64,000 bases of DNA from Opitutia bacterium (lineage in GTDB: Bacteria; Verrucomicrobiota; Verrucomicrobiia; Opitutales; Opitutaceae). The notes under the pieces are model-generated. The model did not search any database, was not told where the DNA came from, and worked only from the letters and a program-made list of their open reading frames with translations. Numbering within the stretch: position 1 is the first letter of the stretch; each line of letters opens with the position of its first letter. The stretch is from NCBI GenBank assembly GCA_947478395.1, contig CANJVR010000002.1:832568-896567 (forward strand), in the 5' to 3' direction. This document shows positions 1 to 9,840 of this stretch, piece after piece. Both the position numbers and the translations under genes were made by a program.

Positions 1-3000
1 GTCGATTACCCCACGATCTCGGTCTCGGCCAGCGTCGCCGGGGCCAGCCCGGAAGTCATGGCGGCAACGGTCGCGACACCGCTGGAACGGGCCCTCGGCC
101 GTATTGCCGGCGTGACGGAGATGACGTCCAACAGCTCGCAAGGCTCGAGCCGCGTCACGCTGCAGTTCGAATTATCCCGCGACATCAACGGCGCCGCGCG
201 CGATGTGCAGGCGGCCATTAACGCCGCGCGCAGCCTCCTCCCGACGAGCCTCAACAACAATCCCACCTACCGGAAAATCAATCCGTCGGAGTTTCCCATT
301 CTCATACTCTCGCTCACCTCGGACCGACTTTCGCGCGGTGAGATGTACGATGCGGCCTCCACGATTCTCGCGCAAAAAATCGCGCAAATCGACGGCGTCG
401 GCGATGTGACCGTGGGCGGCGGCGCCTTGCCCGCGGTCCGCGTCGAACTCAATCCCACGCAGCTCAACAATTATGGCATCTCCGCCGCGACGGTGCGCGC
501 GGCCATTTCGTCGACCAACGCCAACCAAGCGAAAGGCTTCGTCGAACAAGGGGACCGGCGCTGGCAGGTGGGCGCGAACGATCAGGCGCTGCACTCGAGC
601 GATTATACGCCACTGATCATCAGCTATCGCAACGGTGCGCCGGTGCGCCTCGGCGACGTCGCCGAAGTGAGCGATTCCGTCGAGAACCTCCGCACCTCGG
701 CGGTCGCAAATGGCCTGCCCGCCGTGCTCGTGCAGATCACCCGCCAGCCCGATGCGAACATCATCGAAACGGTGGATCGCATAAAAGCCCTGCTGCCGGC
801 TCTACAAGCCTCCATCCCGGCCGCGATCAACCTCGATGTGGCCATCGACCGCTCCGTGACTATCCGCTCCTCGCTGCACGACGTCGAAGTCAGCCTGGTT
901 ATCTCGGTCACGCTCGTCACGCTCGTGGTGTTTCTCTTCTTGCGCGACGTGCGCGCCACTCTGATTCCGAGCATCGCGGTCCCCGTTTCGCTGATCGGCA
1001 CGTTCGCCGTCATGTACCTGGCGGGATTCAGCCTGAACAATCTTTCGCTGATGGCGCTGACGATCGCGACCGGCTTCGTGGTCGACGATGCGATCGTGGT
1101 TTTGGAAAACGTATCACGTCACATGGAAGCCGGCATGTCGCGTTTCGAGGCGGCGATCACCGGGGCGAAGGAGGTCGGGTTTACGGTGATTTCGATGAGC
1201 CTTTCGCTGATCGCGGTGTTCATTCCGATTTTGCTGATGAATGGGATCGTCGGCCGGCTGTTTCGCGAGTTCGCGATCACGCTCTCCGTCGCGATTCTCG
1301 TCTCCCTCGTCATTTCGCTTACGACCACCCCGATGATGTGCGCGCGCATCCTGCGCGTGCGCCAACGCCACCCCGGCAGCAAGCCGGGCGAATTGCTATC
1401 GGAGCGCCGCGGTTTGCTCGCGTTTCTGCTCCGCGGCTATGAACGCACCCTGCGCTGGGCGCTGGCGCACAGCTTCTTGATGGTCCTCCTCCTCGCGGCA
1501 ACCGTGGGACTTAACGTCTACCTTTACGTTATCATTCCCAAAAGTTTTTTCCCGCAACAGGACACCGGCATGCTGATGGGTTTCGTGCAGGCGGACCAAA
1601 GCATTTCCTTCCAAGCCTTGAAACCGAAGTTGGAGGCGTTTGCCGAGATCGTGCGCAAGGATCCCGCGGTGGCCACGGTCAGCGCCTCGGTCGGCGGCGG
1701 TGGCCCCGGCGGTGGTGGCGCAAACGGATCGATGTTCGTCTCACTGAAGCCGCTGTCGGAGCGCAAAGTTTCGGCCGATGTGGTAATCGCCCGCCTCCGC
1801 ACGCAGACGCCCCGGATCACGGGCGCGCAACTTTTTCTCTCCGCGGTGCAGGACATCCGGGCCGGTGGCCGGCAGGGCGGTTCGACTTATCAATACACGC
1901 TCCAAGCCGACGACCTAGAAGAACTCCGCTCGTGGGAGCCGCGCATCCGCGCCGCGTTCGTTGGGCTGCCGGAAGTCACGGATGTTAACACCGATGCCCA
2001 GACCAAAGGCTTGGAAAGCCAGCTCACGTTTGATCGCGACATGATGTCGAAGCTCGGCCTGAGCATGTCGCAAGTGAACGCCACCCTCTACGATGCCTTT
2101 GGCCAGCGACAGGTGTCGACGCTCTACAAATCCCTGAATCAATATCACGTGGTCATGGAGGTAGCCCCGCAGTTCTCGCAGGGCCCGGAATCCCTGAAAA
2201 ACATCTACGTTGTCACACCCGCCGGAGCCAAAGTCCCGCTTTCGGCTTTTTCGCGTTTTGCATCCGGCAACACGGCGCTTTCCGTCAGCCACCAGGGCCA
2301 GTTCATCGCGTCGACCATTTCGTTTAACCTCGCCCCGGGTGTTTCGATTTCGCAGGCGACCGATGCGATCAATTTCACAATGGCCAACCTCGGCGTGCCG
2401 ACCTCGGTGCACGGGAGCTTCCAAGGCAGCGCGCGCCTCTTTCAACAGGCGCTCGACAACCAGCCGCTCCTGATCCTCGGGGCGCTGGTGGCCGTCTATA
2501 TTGTGCTCGGGATTCTCTACGAGAGCTACATCCACCCCATCACGATTCTCTCCACGCTGCCGTCGGCCGGCGTGGGCGCGCTGCTGGCGCTCCTCGTTTG
2601 CGGCGCGGAATTCAGCGTGATCGCGCTCATCGGTGTGCTGCTCCTTGTCGGCATCGTGAAAAAGAACGCGATCATGATGATCGACTTTGCCCTAACGGCC
2701 GAGCGCACGCAGCACATCGGGGCGCGCGAAGCCATTTTTCAGGCCTGCATGATGCGTTTCCGCCCGATCATGATGACGACCATCGCCGCGATGCTAGGCG
2801 CGCTCCCGCTTGCGATCGGCATGGGCGAAGGCTCCGAGATGCGCCAACCGCTCGGCATCGCAATCGTGGGCGGCCTGCTCTTTAGCCAGGTACTCACGCT
2901 CTACACCACCCCAGTGGTCTATGTTTACTTCGATCGCCTGAGGCTCTGGCTGGAGCGCCGCCGCGCGAAACGCGCCCACGAACGTCCCGCCCTCCGCGCC

Positions 3001-3024
3001 ATCCCCGCGCAACATTTGACATGA
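1..3024 (+). CDS. RND efflux permease, MdtC/AcrB family (5'-truncated by window)
   Basis: Frame is open from base 1 ([29 protein letters not shown]). Contains [27 protein letters not shown] and [12 protein letters not shown] motifs. Confidence 0.93.
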   Translation, partial: VDYPTISVSASVAGASPEVMAATVATPLERALGRIAGVTEMTSNSSQGSSRVTLQFELSRDINGAARDVQAAINAARSLLPTSLNNNPTYRKINPSEFPILILSLTSDRLSRGEMYDAASTILAQKIAQIDGVGDVTVGGGALPAVRVELNPTQLNNYGISAATVRAAISSTNANQAKGFVEQGDRRWQVGANDQALHSSDYTPLIISYRNGAPVRLGDVAEVSDSVENLRTSAVANGLPAVLVQITRQPDANIIETVDRIKALLPALQASIPAAINLDVAIDRSVTIRSSLHDVEVSLVISVTLVTLVVFLFLRDVRATLIPSIAVPVSLIGTFAVMYLAGFSLNNLSLMALTIATGFVVDDAIVVLENVSRHMEAGMSRFEAAITGAKEVGFTVISMSLSLIAVFIPILLMNGIVGRLFREFAITLSVAILVSLVISLTTTPMMCARILRVRQRHPGSKPGELLSERRGLLAFLLRGYERTLRWALAHSFLMVLLLAATVGLNVYLYVIIPKSFFPQQDTGMLMGFVQADQSISFQALKPKLEAFAEIVRKDPAVATVSASVGGGGPGGGGANGSMFVSLKPLSERKVSADVVIARLRTQTPRITGAQLFLSAVQDIRAGGRQGGSTYQYTLQADDLEELRSWEPRIRAAFVGLPEVTDVNTDAQTKGLESQLTFDRDMMSKLGLSMSQVNATLYDAFGQRQVSTLYKSLNQYHVVMEVAPQFSQGPESLKNIYVVTPAGAKVPLSAFSRFASGNTALSVSHQGQFIASTISFNLAPGVSISQATDAINFTMANLGVPTSVHGSFQGSARLFQQALDNQPLLILGALVAVYIVLGILYESYIHPITILSTLPSAGVGALLALLVCGAEFSVIALIGVLLLVGIVKKNAIMMIDFALTAERTQHIGAREAIFQACMMRFRPIMMTTIAAMLGALPLAIGMGEGSEMRQPLGIAIVGGLLFSQVLTLYTTPVVYVYFDRLRLWLERRRAKRAHERPALRAIPAQHLT

Positions 3025-4436
3025 TGAATTTGAAATCAGTTCGAAAACGCTTCACCGCCTCCGCCCTGCTGGCGGCGGTGGGCGGCGCCCTCGCATCCTG
3101 TACCGTCGGCCCCAATTATCAGCGCCCCGACTTGAAGGTGCCGGCAGCGTACCAGCGTTCCGCGGCGCCGGAAGCCACGCCGTCGGCTGAAATCGGCAAT
3201 CGTTGGTGGACGCTCTTCGGCGATCCCGTCCTCACTAAAGTCGCGGACGATACCGTCGCGGCCAATCTCGATATCCGCGCCGCCATGGCACGCGTAGATC
3301 AGGCTCGTGAGAGCCGCCGAGCTGCGCTCGGAAATTTCGCGCCGGACCTCAACCTCGGCGCCTCGAGCCGTCGCTCGGGCAACGCGAACGGAGTATCGAA
3401 TCAGTTTTCGCTGCCGCTTACGCTGAACTACGAAATCGACGTCTGGGGTCGGCTGCGCCGTCAGTATGAAGTTTATAAAAACTCCGAGGCCGCCTCCGTC
3501 GCCGATCTGGAGTTCGTCCGTCAGAGCGCGGTGGCCGAAGTGGTGCAGGCGTACTTCACGATTCGCCTCTCCGACCGGCAGGTCGCGCTGCTGGAGGAAG
3601 CGTTGCAACTTTATCGCAAGCAACTCGAGCTCACGGACACGAAGTACAAGGCCGGTCTCGCCCTGCCAACCGATCTCTTGCAGGCCAAGACGCAGGTTAA
3701 TTCGGCGACGAACCAACTGATTGATGTCCGCCGCTCCCGTGCCAAACAAGAGCACGCCATCGCTCTTTTGTTGGGACGCGCGCCCTCCGATTATTCGTTC
3801 ACCCGGGCCAACCCTGCCCTCGTGCTGCCCGCGGTTCCAGCGGGCCTACCGGTCAATTTGCTCGCGCGCCGTCCCGACGTCGCCGAATCCGAGTACCGGC
3901 TAGCCGCCGCCAACGCCCAGATCGGCCTCGCCAAGGCAAATTTCTTTCCGAGCTTCACGCTGAGCAGCAGCGCAGGCTTTCAAAGCGCCAACCTGAGCAA
4001 TCTGCTCGATTGGGAAAAACGCGTATGGTCCTTCGGCCCTTCGCTGAGCCTGCCGATCTTCCAAGGTGGCCGCCTGACGGCCGCGCTCGCCCAAGCCAAG
4101 GCCCGCTATGAGGAAGTCATGGCAAATTACCGGACCTCGGTCCTCGCGGCCTTACGCGACGTCGAGGACCAGCTGTCCGAACTTCAGCTGCTCGCCGAAA
4201 AGGCCAAGTCGCTCGAGGAAACCCTCGTTTCCGCCCGCGAATATTCGCGCCTCACCGAGCTGCAGTACAAGCAGGGCCTGACAACCTATCTCCAGGTGAT
4301 CGATGCCAACCAGACGCTGCTGAACAACGAGCTCTCGGCGGCTCAGGCGGAAAGCCAACGGCTCACGGCCACGGTTTTGTTGATCAAGGCCCTCGGCGGC
4401 GGCTGGCAGAACCCCGCAGCGCCGGTATCGAAGTAG
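3021..4436 (+). CDS. Outer-membrane efflux factor (NodT/OprM/TolC family lipoprotein)
   Basis: Lipobox LASC followed by [17 protein letters not shown] and ALGGGW motifs; ATGA overlap with the RND gene. Confidence 0.93.
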   Translation: MMNLKSVRKRFTASALLAAVGGALASCTVGPNYQRPDLKVPAAYQRSAAPEATPSAEIGNRWWTLFGDPVLTKVADDTVAANLDIRAAMARVDQARESRRAALGNFAPDLNLGASSRRSGNANGVSNQFSLPLTLNYEIDVWGRLRRQYEVYKNSEAASVADLEFVRQSAVAEVVQAYFTIRLSDRQVALLEEALQLYRKQLELTDTKYKAGLALPTDLLQAKTQVNSATNQLIDVRRSRAKQEHAIALLLGRAPSDYSFTRANPALVLPAVPAGLPVNLLARRPDVAESEYRLAAANAQIGLAKANFFPSFTLSSSAGFQSANLSNLLDWEKRVWSFGPSLSLPIFQGGRLTAALAQAKARYEEVMANYRTSVLAALRDVEDQLSELQLLAEKAKSLEETLVSAREYSRLTELQYKQGLTTYLQVIDANQTLLNNELSAAQAESQRLTATVLLIKALGGGWQNPAAPVSK

Positions 4437-4540
4437 CGGGTGGATCGAAGCCCGAGCCCCCGTAATTATCCCGTCTAGGACGGGCAGACCGCGGGCTTAA
4501 GCCTCGCGCTCGTAGCCGAAACCGGAGCCGCGCTAAAAAA

Positions 4541-4626
4541 TGGTGGTAGGATCTGGATTCGAACCAGAGAAGGCGTAAGCCAGGAGATTTACAGTCTCCC
4601 CTCGTTGGCCACTTGAGTATCCTACC
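4541..4626 (-). tRNA. tRNA-Tyr(GTA)
   Basis: Reverse complement reads GGTAGGATACTCAAGTGGCCAACGAGGGGAGACTGTAAATCTCCTGGCTTACGCCTTCTCTGGTTCGAATCCAGATCCTACCACCA: GTA anticodon, long variable arm, GTTCGAA T-loop, encoded CCA. Confidence 0.97.
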
Positions 4627-4840
4627 GAAAAGGGAATGGGCAAATTCTCGGCTCACTCCCCGGAGTTCAAGGTTTTTTTCAGCCCATCCGCAGATGAGTT
4701 AGGTTTTCGAGGCCAAGGTGGCCTCGCCCCGCATCGGCCCTCAGCCGCGTGGCCGCAAAGCGAACCCGCTCCCAACGCCTAAGGACCGCCTCACGCCATC
4801 CCGTCTCCAGCGGCCTTCCCGGATCAACTCCGCCCGTGCT

Positions 4841-6406
4841 CTATTTTCCCTTGGCCAGCTTAAACTCCACGGCGTCGCGCAACGCTTCCCAGCTCGCATC
4901 GATGATATTGTCGCTCACACCAACCGTGCCCCAGACCGAATGCCCGTCGCCACTTTCGATCAACACGCGCGTGCGCGAATTGGTGCCGGCCCCGCTTTCA
5001 AGGATGCGCACCTTGTAATCCCGCAGCACGAGTTCGCGCAGCTTGGGATAAGTCTTCTCAAGGGCCAGCCGCAGCGCTTTGTCGAGCGCGCCGATCGGCC
5101 CCGTGCATTCGGCCACGGTGTGGACGGACTCACCGTTCACTTTTAATTTCACCGTCGCTTCGGATGACAACTCGGTGCCGCGGCGTTCAATCGTGCATCG
5201 ATAACTTTCCACCTCGAAAAAACTCTTTCGTTCGCCCAGCGCCGAGGAAACGAGCAACTTAAAAGACGCATCGGCCGCCTCGTATTCGTACCCGCGAAAC
5301 TCCCGTTCCTTCAGCTGCTCGATCAACGTTTTCATCTCCGGCCGTTTTTCGTCGAGTTCGAGCCCGAACTCCTTCGCCTTCAGCGTAAGGCTGCTGCGGC
5401 CGGCCATGTCGGACACGAGCACGCGCGTGCGATTGCCGACGAGCGCCGGATCGATGTGTTCGTAACTACGCGCGACTTTTTGCGCGGCGTTGGCGTGCAG
5501 TCCGCCCTTGTGCGCGAACGCCGAGTGGCCGACAAACGGCGCCTTGGGATCGGGCCTTAGGTTCGCCAGCTCGTCAAAGAACAGCGAGAGATCGCGCAGC
5601 TGGTTCAGCTGCGGCGCGCAATGCGCGGTGCGACCCATTTTTAGAAACAAATTAGCCAGCACGGTCGTGAGGTTCGCGTTGCCCACGCGTTCGCCGTAGC
5701 CGTTGGCCGTACCCTGAACGAGCGTGGCTCCAGCGGTGACCCCGGCCAGCGTGAGGGCCACGCCCAGCCCGCTGTCGTTGTGGCAATGGACGCCGATTTT
5801 CTCCGCGCCAAACTCCTTTACCGCGCGAGCGACGATGTCCTTGAATTCGTCCACGAGCGTCCCGCCGTTGGTGTCGCACAGCGTGAGGTTGCTCGCTCCG
5901 CCTTTTAGCGCGGCGTGCAGCGTGCGCAGCGCGTAATCGGGATCGGCTTTGTAACCGTCGAAAAAATGCTCGGCGTCGTGGATCACTTCGCGTCCCTCCG
6001 CCACGAGGTAGCGGGCCGAGTCCTCGATCATCGCGAGATTCTCCTCGAGCGTAGTGCGCAGAATTTCGGTCACATGAAGCGTCCACGTTTTGCCCACAAT
6101 GGTCGTCACGGGCATCCCGCTATCAAGGAGCGTGCGCAGTTGCGCGTCTTCGCTCGCCTTGACTCCAGCGCGGCGCGTTGAACCGAACGCCGCCAGCTTG
6201 GCGTGTTTCAATTTAAGCTGCTTCGCCTCGGCGAAGAACGTGATGTCGCGGGGGTTGGAGCCCGGAAACCCGCCCTCGATGTAATCAACGCCGAACTGGT
6301 CGAGCCGCTCGGCGATGCGCAATTTGTCCGCGACGGAAAAGCTGATTCCCTCGCCCTGCGTGCCATCGCGCAAGGTGGTGTCGTAGATCTTAAGAGCGGT
6401 GCTCAT
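4841..6406 (-). CDS. cimA: Citramalate synthase
   Basis: DTTLRDGTQGEG, HCHND and FAHKGGLH motifs plus C-terminal regulatory domain (GTVGVSDNIIDASWEAL). The QGEG/DAEHFFDG pattern is typical of bacterial CimA rather than LeuA. Confidence 0.88.
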   Translation of the reverse strand: MSTALKIYDTTLRDGTQGEGISFSVADKLRIAERLDQFGVDYIEGGFPGSNPRDITFFAEAKQLKLKHAKLAAFGSTRRAGVKASEDAQLRTLLDSGMPVTTIVGKTWTLHVTEILRTTLEENLAMIEDSARYLVAEGREVIHDAEHFFDGYKADPDYALRTLHAALKGGASNLTLCDTNGGTLVDEFKDIVARAVKEFGAEKIGVHCHNDSGLGVALTLAGVTAGATLVQGTANGYGERVGNANLTTVLANLFLKMGRTAHCAPQLNQLRDLSLFFDELANLRPDPKAPFVGHSAFAHKGGLHANAAQKVARSYEHIDPALVGNRTRVLVSDMAGRSSLTLKAKEFGLELDEKRPEMKTLIEQLKEREFRGYEYEAADASFKLLVSSALGERKSFFEVESYRCTIERRGTELSSEATVKLKVNGESVHTVAECTGPIGALDKALRLALEKTYPKLRELVLRDYKVRILESGAGTNSRTRVLIESGDGHSVWGTVGVSDNIIDASWEALRDAVEFKLAKGK

Positions 6407-6612
6407 GGATGGAAGCGGCCGAGATTTGCGACGTACGCACGGGCTGGCAAGGGGGCTTTTTCAAGGGCTGCGCGCGCGTCAGGATCGTGGCGCTCCCAAT
6501 CAACTTACCGCAAGGAGCCGCAAAAACAGTTCGGGCCGCGCGCGCTATCTGCGCACCATCGAAAGTAGCGGACGATGTCCCGCACCGTTCCGATTCACCG
6601 CCAAAAGCCGGA

Positions 6613-7974
6613 CTATCTCACCGCCCGCGCATCAATAAATGCCCGGATCGCCGCCGGCGTCGCGGCGATGCGATGCTTCACGACCGGTCGTTTCTTCAAC
6701 GCCTCCAGACTCGGGTCCGTCGGCTCGATGCCAATGGCGGACTTGATCGTGTCGGGAAATTTCGCCGGGCTCGCCGTCGCCAGCACGATACTCACGCGTT
6801 CCGGATTGATTTGGGCAAAGCCGCACGCGGTGTGCGGATCGGCGATATAACCGTAATCGCGGTAAACGCGCTGGATGATTCCGGGGATGTCCGCATCCGT
6901 ACAACGCGACGCGCTGAAAACCCCACGATCGAAATTTTCAAAACGATAGGCGCCGGTCTTTTTAAACGTCGCCATCACCTCGCGCACGCGCGCCGGGTCG
7001 CGGCCGACCTGAAAATAAATGAAACGCTCGAAATTCGACGCGACTTGAATGTCCATCGACGGCGCCAGACTCGGGAGCACGTCGCCGATGCGATACTCGC
7101 CGGTCGTGAACATCCGGTAGAGAATGTCGTTCTGGTTGGTTGCGACGCGAAAGCCGCGGATCGGCACGCCCATTTGCTGGAGCAGCCAGCCCGCGAGCAC
7201 GTTCCCGAAATTGCCCGTCGGCACGACAAACTCCACGTCGCGCCGCTCAATCACCGGCACGCGCAGCCAAGCGTAAAGATAGTAAACGCACTGCGCCAAC
7301 ACGCGCGCGAGGTTGATGGAGTTGACCGCCGATAGTCGGTGCCGCAGTCGAAATTCCTGATCGCCGAAAATTTCTTTCAGCGCGGTCTGCGCGTCGTCGA
7401 AGGTACCGTCGACCGCGAGCGCAAAGACGTTATCTGCGCCGGTGCACGTCATCTGCCGTTCCTGCAGCGGCGAAACGCGACCGTCGGGATAAAGAATAAA
7501 GATCGCGGTGCCGGGTTTGCCGAGCAGTCCGTGAATCGCGGCCGCGCCCGTGTCGCCAGAGGTGGCGCCGAGGACGTTGATCGTCTCGCGACGCATGGCG
7601 CATTGATAGTCGTAAAGGTTGCCGAGCAGCTGGAGGGCGAAGTCTTTGAACGCGAGCGTGGGTCCGTGAAAGAGTTCGAGGACGTAGAGATTCTGCGCGA
7701 GCGGTTTCAGCGGGGCGATCGCCGGATCGCGGAACGCGGTGTAGGATTTCGCGATAATCGCGCGGAGGGTTTCCGGCGGGATGTCGGTCGCGAAGACGCG
7801 GAGAAACTCGAAGCACAGCTCGGCGTACCCGAGTTTTTCAAAGCGCGCGAGTTGACTGCTAAAATCGGGCAGCGTCTCCGGCAGAAACAATCCGCCGTCC
7901 GGCGCCAGGCCAGTGGCCACGGCATCGGAGAAGCCAAGCGGCGGAGTTTGGCCGCGGGTGGAAAGGAAGCGCAT
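6613..7974 (-). CDS. thrC: Threonine synthase
   Basis: GLAPDGGL, ELFHGPTLAFKDF (PLP lysine), ATSGDTG, PTGNFGN, ATASPAKF. Confidence 0.96.
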   Translation of the reverse strand: MRFLSTRGQTPPLGFSDAVATGLAPDGGLFLPETLPDFSSQLARFEKLGYAELCFEFLRVFATDIPPETLRAIIAKSYTAFRDPAIAPLKPLAQNLYVLELFHGPTLAFKDFALQLLGNLYDYQCAMRRETINVLGATSGDTGAAAIHGLLGKPGTAIFILYPDGRVSPLQERQMTCTGADNVFALAVDGTFDDAQTALKEIFGDQEFRLRHRLSAVNSINLARVLAQCVYYLYAWLRVPVIERRDVEFVVPTGNFGNVLAGWLLQQMGVPIRGFRVATNQNDILYRMFTTGEYRIGDVLPSLAPSMDIQVASNFERFIYFQVGRDPARVREVMATFKKTGAYRFENFDRGVFSASRCTDADIPGIIQRVYRDYGYIADPHTACGFAQINPERVSIVLATASPAKFPDTIKSAIGIEPTDPSLEALKKRPVVKHRIAATPAAIRAFIDARAVR

Positions 7975-7986
7975 GTGGGAAAGAAG

Positions 7987-8018
7987 AGAAGCCGGAGGCC
8001 AGATGACAGCGGCCAGAA
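7987..8018. repeat. Degenerate 7-nt tandem array, inverted partner of 8483-8514
   Basis: agaagcc ggaggcc agatgac agcggcc agaa; its reverse complement matches 8483-8514 at 27/32 positions. Confidence 0.85.
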
Positions 8019-8498
8019 TCAGATTGGACGGCGCGCGTCTCGCAGGAGAAATGGCGTCGGGTTTTGCATAATACTGCCGAGCATCCGGCCGATTTCCCTC
8101 ATCTGTTCGTGAAGGGAATCGAAGTCAGCCGTCGACAAATAGCCGTGGTGGCTGGCGAACATGAGCCAATTTTCCGATTCCAAGAGTTCAGTGTCGCTGT
8201 CCGAAAGTTTGCTGACGAAGTGAGCTTCGTATCGGCGTTTTCCCCAAGCTTCACATATGTTGGCGCTCACCGATCGCGACGAACGCCTAACCTGATCGAT
8301 GAGCGCGAATTTTTCCTCACGCGGCCAGCTTCGCGAAAATTCAAAGACACGCAGACCGAGATCAAAAGCTTTCTGCCAGACGATCAGATCCGTGAAATGC
8401 CGAATCGGGCCAGCCCCACGTCCACCACTTGGACCCTCGACCACGATCGCGGGTCGCCGACCAGTGGTATCCGGCCTTTGGCTTCCGGCCGCTGACAT
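8019..8498 (-). CDS. Four-helix-bundle protein (23S rRNA IVP / bAvd-like family)
   Basis: FTDLIVWQKA...P.EEKFALIDQVRRSSRSVSANICEAWGKR...F signature. Start uncertain (ATG at 8519 or 8498, both inside the heptamer array). Confidence 0.9.
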   Translation of the reverse strand: MSAAGSQRPDTTGRRPAIVVEGPSGGRGAGPIRHFTDLIVWQKAFDLGLRVFEFSRSWPREEKFALIDQVRRSSRSVSANICEAWGKRRYEAHFVSKLSDSDTELLESENWLMFASHHGYLSTADFDSLHEQMREIGRMLGSIMQNPTPFLLRDARRPI

Positions 8499-8528
8499 CT
8501 GGCTTCTGGCCTCTGGCATCTGGCTTCT
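8466..8528. repeat. Nine-unit degenerate 7-nt tandem array (GGCNTCT-like)
   Basis: ggtatcc ggccttt ggcttcc ggccgct gacatct ggcttct ggcctct ggcatct ggcttct. Confidence 0.9.
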
Positions 8529-8534
8529 CTCCCC

Positions 8535-9749
8535 TCAAAGCTGATCCAGGTGAAACGCCTTGTGCGCGACGCGCGCGGCTTCGTCGGCTTTATCCTTGGC
8601 GATCACAACGGAGATTTTGATTTCCGAGGTGCTGATCAGTTCGAGGTTGATGTCGGCGCCCGCGAGCGCGGTGAAGAGCGTTGAAGCGACCCCGCTGTGC
8701 GTGCGCATGCCTACGCCGACGACGGAGAGCTTGGCGATCTTGTCGTCGAGCGTGATGCTGCCGCCGATTTCCTTGAGGACCGGCGCCAGCGCTTTCTCGG
8801 CTTTGAGCGTTTCCGTCTGCGGCACGGTGAAGGTCAGCGTGGCGACGCCGCCCTGACCGGCGTTCTGGACGATCATGTCGACATTGATGTTCGCATCCGC
8901 GAGAGCACGAAACACCTTGGCGGCGGTGCCGGGGCGATCGGCGATATTGCTGACGACGACCTTGGCTTGGTCCTTGTCGACGGCGACGCCACGGACGACG
9001 ACTTTTTCCATATAGGCGACTTCTTGTTTCACAATGGTTCCTGGGTTGTTGTTGAAAGAGGAGCGGACTTCGAAAATCACGTTGTACTTGGAGGCAAACT
9101 CGACCGAGCGGGTCTGCATGACTTTCGAGCCGAGAGACGCGAGTTCGAGCATCTCGTCGTAGCTGATTTCCTGGAGTTTCCGGGCGTCTTTAACGACCCG
9201 GGGATCGGCGGTGTAAACGCCATCAACATCGGTGTAGATCTCGCACTTGTCGGCCTTCACCGCCGCAGCCAGGGCAATGGCCGTAAGATCCGACCCGCCA
9301 CGGCCGAGCGTGGTAATGTGGCCCTCCTCGTTAATCCCTTGAAATCCCGCGACGATGATGACCTTACCGGCGCTGAGGTCGGCCTCGATGGGACGGGCGT
9401 CGATCGTTTTGATCTTCGCCTTGGTGTGGACCTTGTCCGTGAAGATGCCGGCCTGCGCTCCAGTGTAGCTCACGGCGCCGACGCCGATGGCCTCAAGCGC
9501 CATGGCGGTGAGGGCAATCGTCTCTTGTTCGCCGATCGAGAGCAGCTGATCCATCTCGCGCTCGGGCGGATTCGGATGAATCGCTTTGGCGCGAGCGATG
9601 AGCTCGTTGGTCACGCCCGAACGGGCAGAGACGACGACGACGAGTTCGTTGCCTTCGTCGCGAATCGCCTTGATGCGGTTCGCGACATTTTTGATACGCT
9701 CGACGTCACCGACCGAGGTGCCGCCATATTTTTGAACAATGCGAGCCAT
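8535..9749 (-). CDS. lysC: Aspartate kinase
   Basis: VQKYGGTSVG, TTLGRGGSDLTA, YTDVDGVYTADP; two C-terminal ACT domains; internal Met (YMEKVVV) as in alpha/beta-type aspartate kinases. Confidence 0.96.
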   Translation of the reverse strand: MARIVQKYGGTSVGDVERIKNVANRIKAIRDEGNELVVVVSARSGVTNELIARAKAIHPNPPEREMDQLLSIGEQETIALTAMALEAIGVGAVSYTGAQAGIFTDKVHTKAKIKTIDARPIEADLSAGKVIIVAGFQGINEEGHITTLGRGGSDLTAIALAAAVKADKCEIYTDVDGVYTADPRVVKDARKLQEISYDEMLELASLGSKVMQTRSVEFASKYNVIFEVRSSFNNNPGTIVKQEVAYMEKVVVRGVAVDKDQAKVVVSNIADRPGTAAKVFRALADANINVDMIVQNAGQGGVATLTFTVPQTETLKAEKALAPVLKEIGGSITLDDKIAKLSVVGVGMRTHSGVASTLFTALAGADINLELISTSEIKISVVIAKDKADEAARVAHKAFHLDQL

Positions 9750-9766
9750 GGATTGAAGCGGAAGAA

Positions 9767-9835
9767 AAACGGGTTTTGAGTTTAGCGTTTTGGGTTTTGA
9801 GTTCTCCAGATCAGAAGAAGTTTCAAACCCCGTTT
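9767..9835. repeat. Five-unit 7-nt array enclosed by an imperfect inverted repeat
   Basis: gggtttt gagttta gcgtttt gggtttt gagttct (9771-9805). aaacgggttttgag (9767-9780) matches the reverse complement of 9822-9835 at 12/14. Confidence 0.75.
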
Positions 9836-9840
9836 GTCAT

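Noticed and set aside
4437..4840. tRNA-Tyr as an integration site for an island
   Set aside because: No duplicated tRNA 3' end, integrase or compositional shift seen in the window.
8466..8528. Heptamer arrays as a CRISPR array or DGR template
   Set aside because: Units are 7 nt with no spacers; no cas or reverse transcriptase gene and no TR/VR pair is evident.
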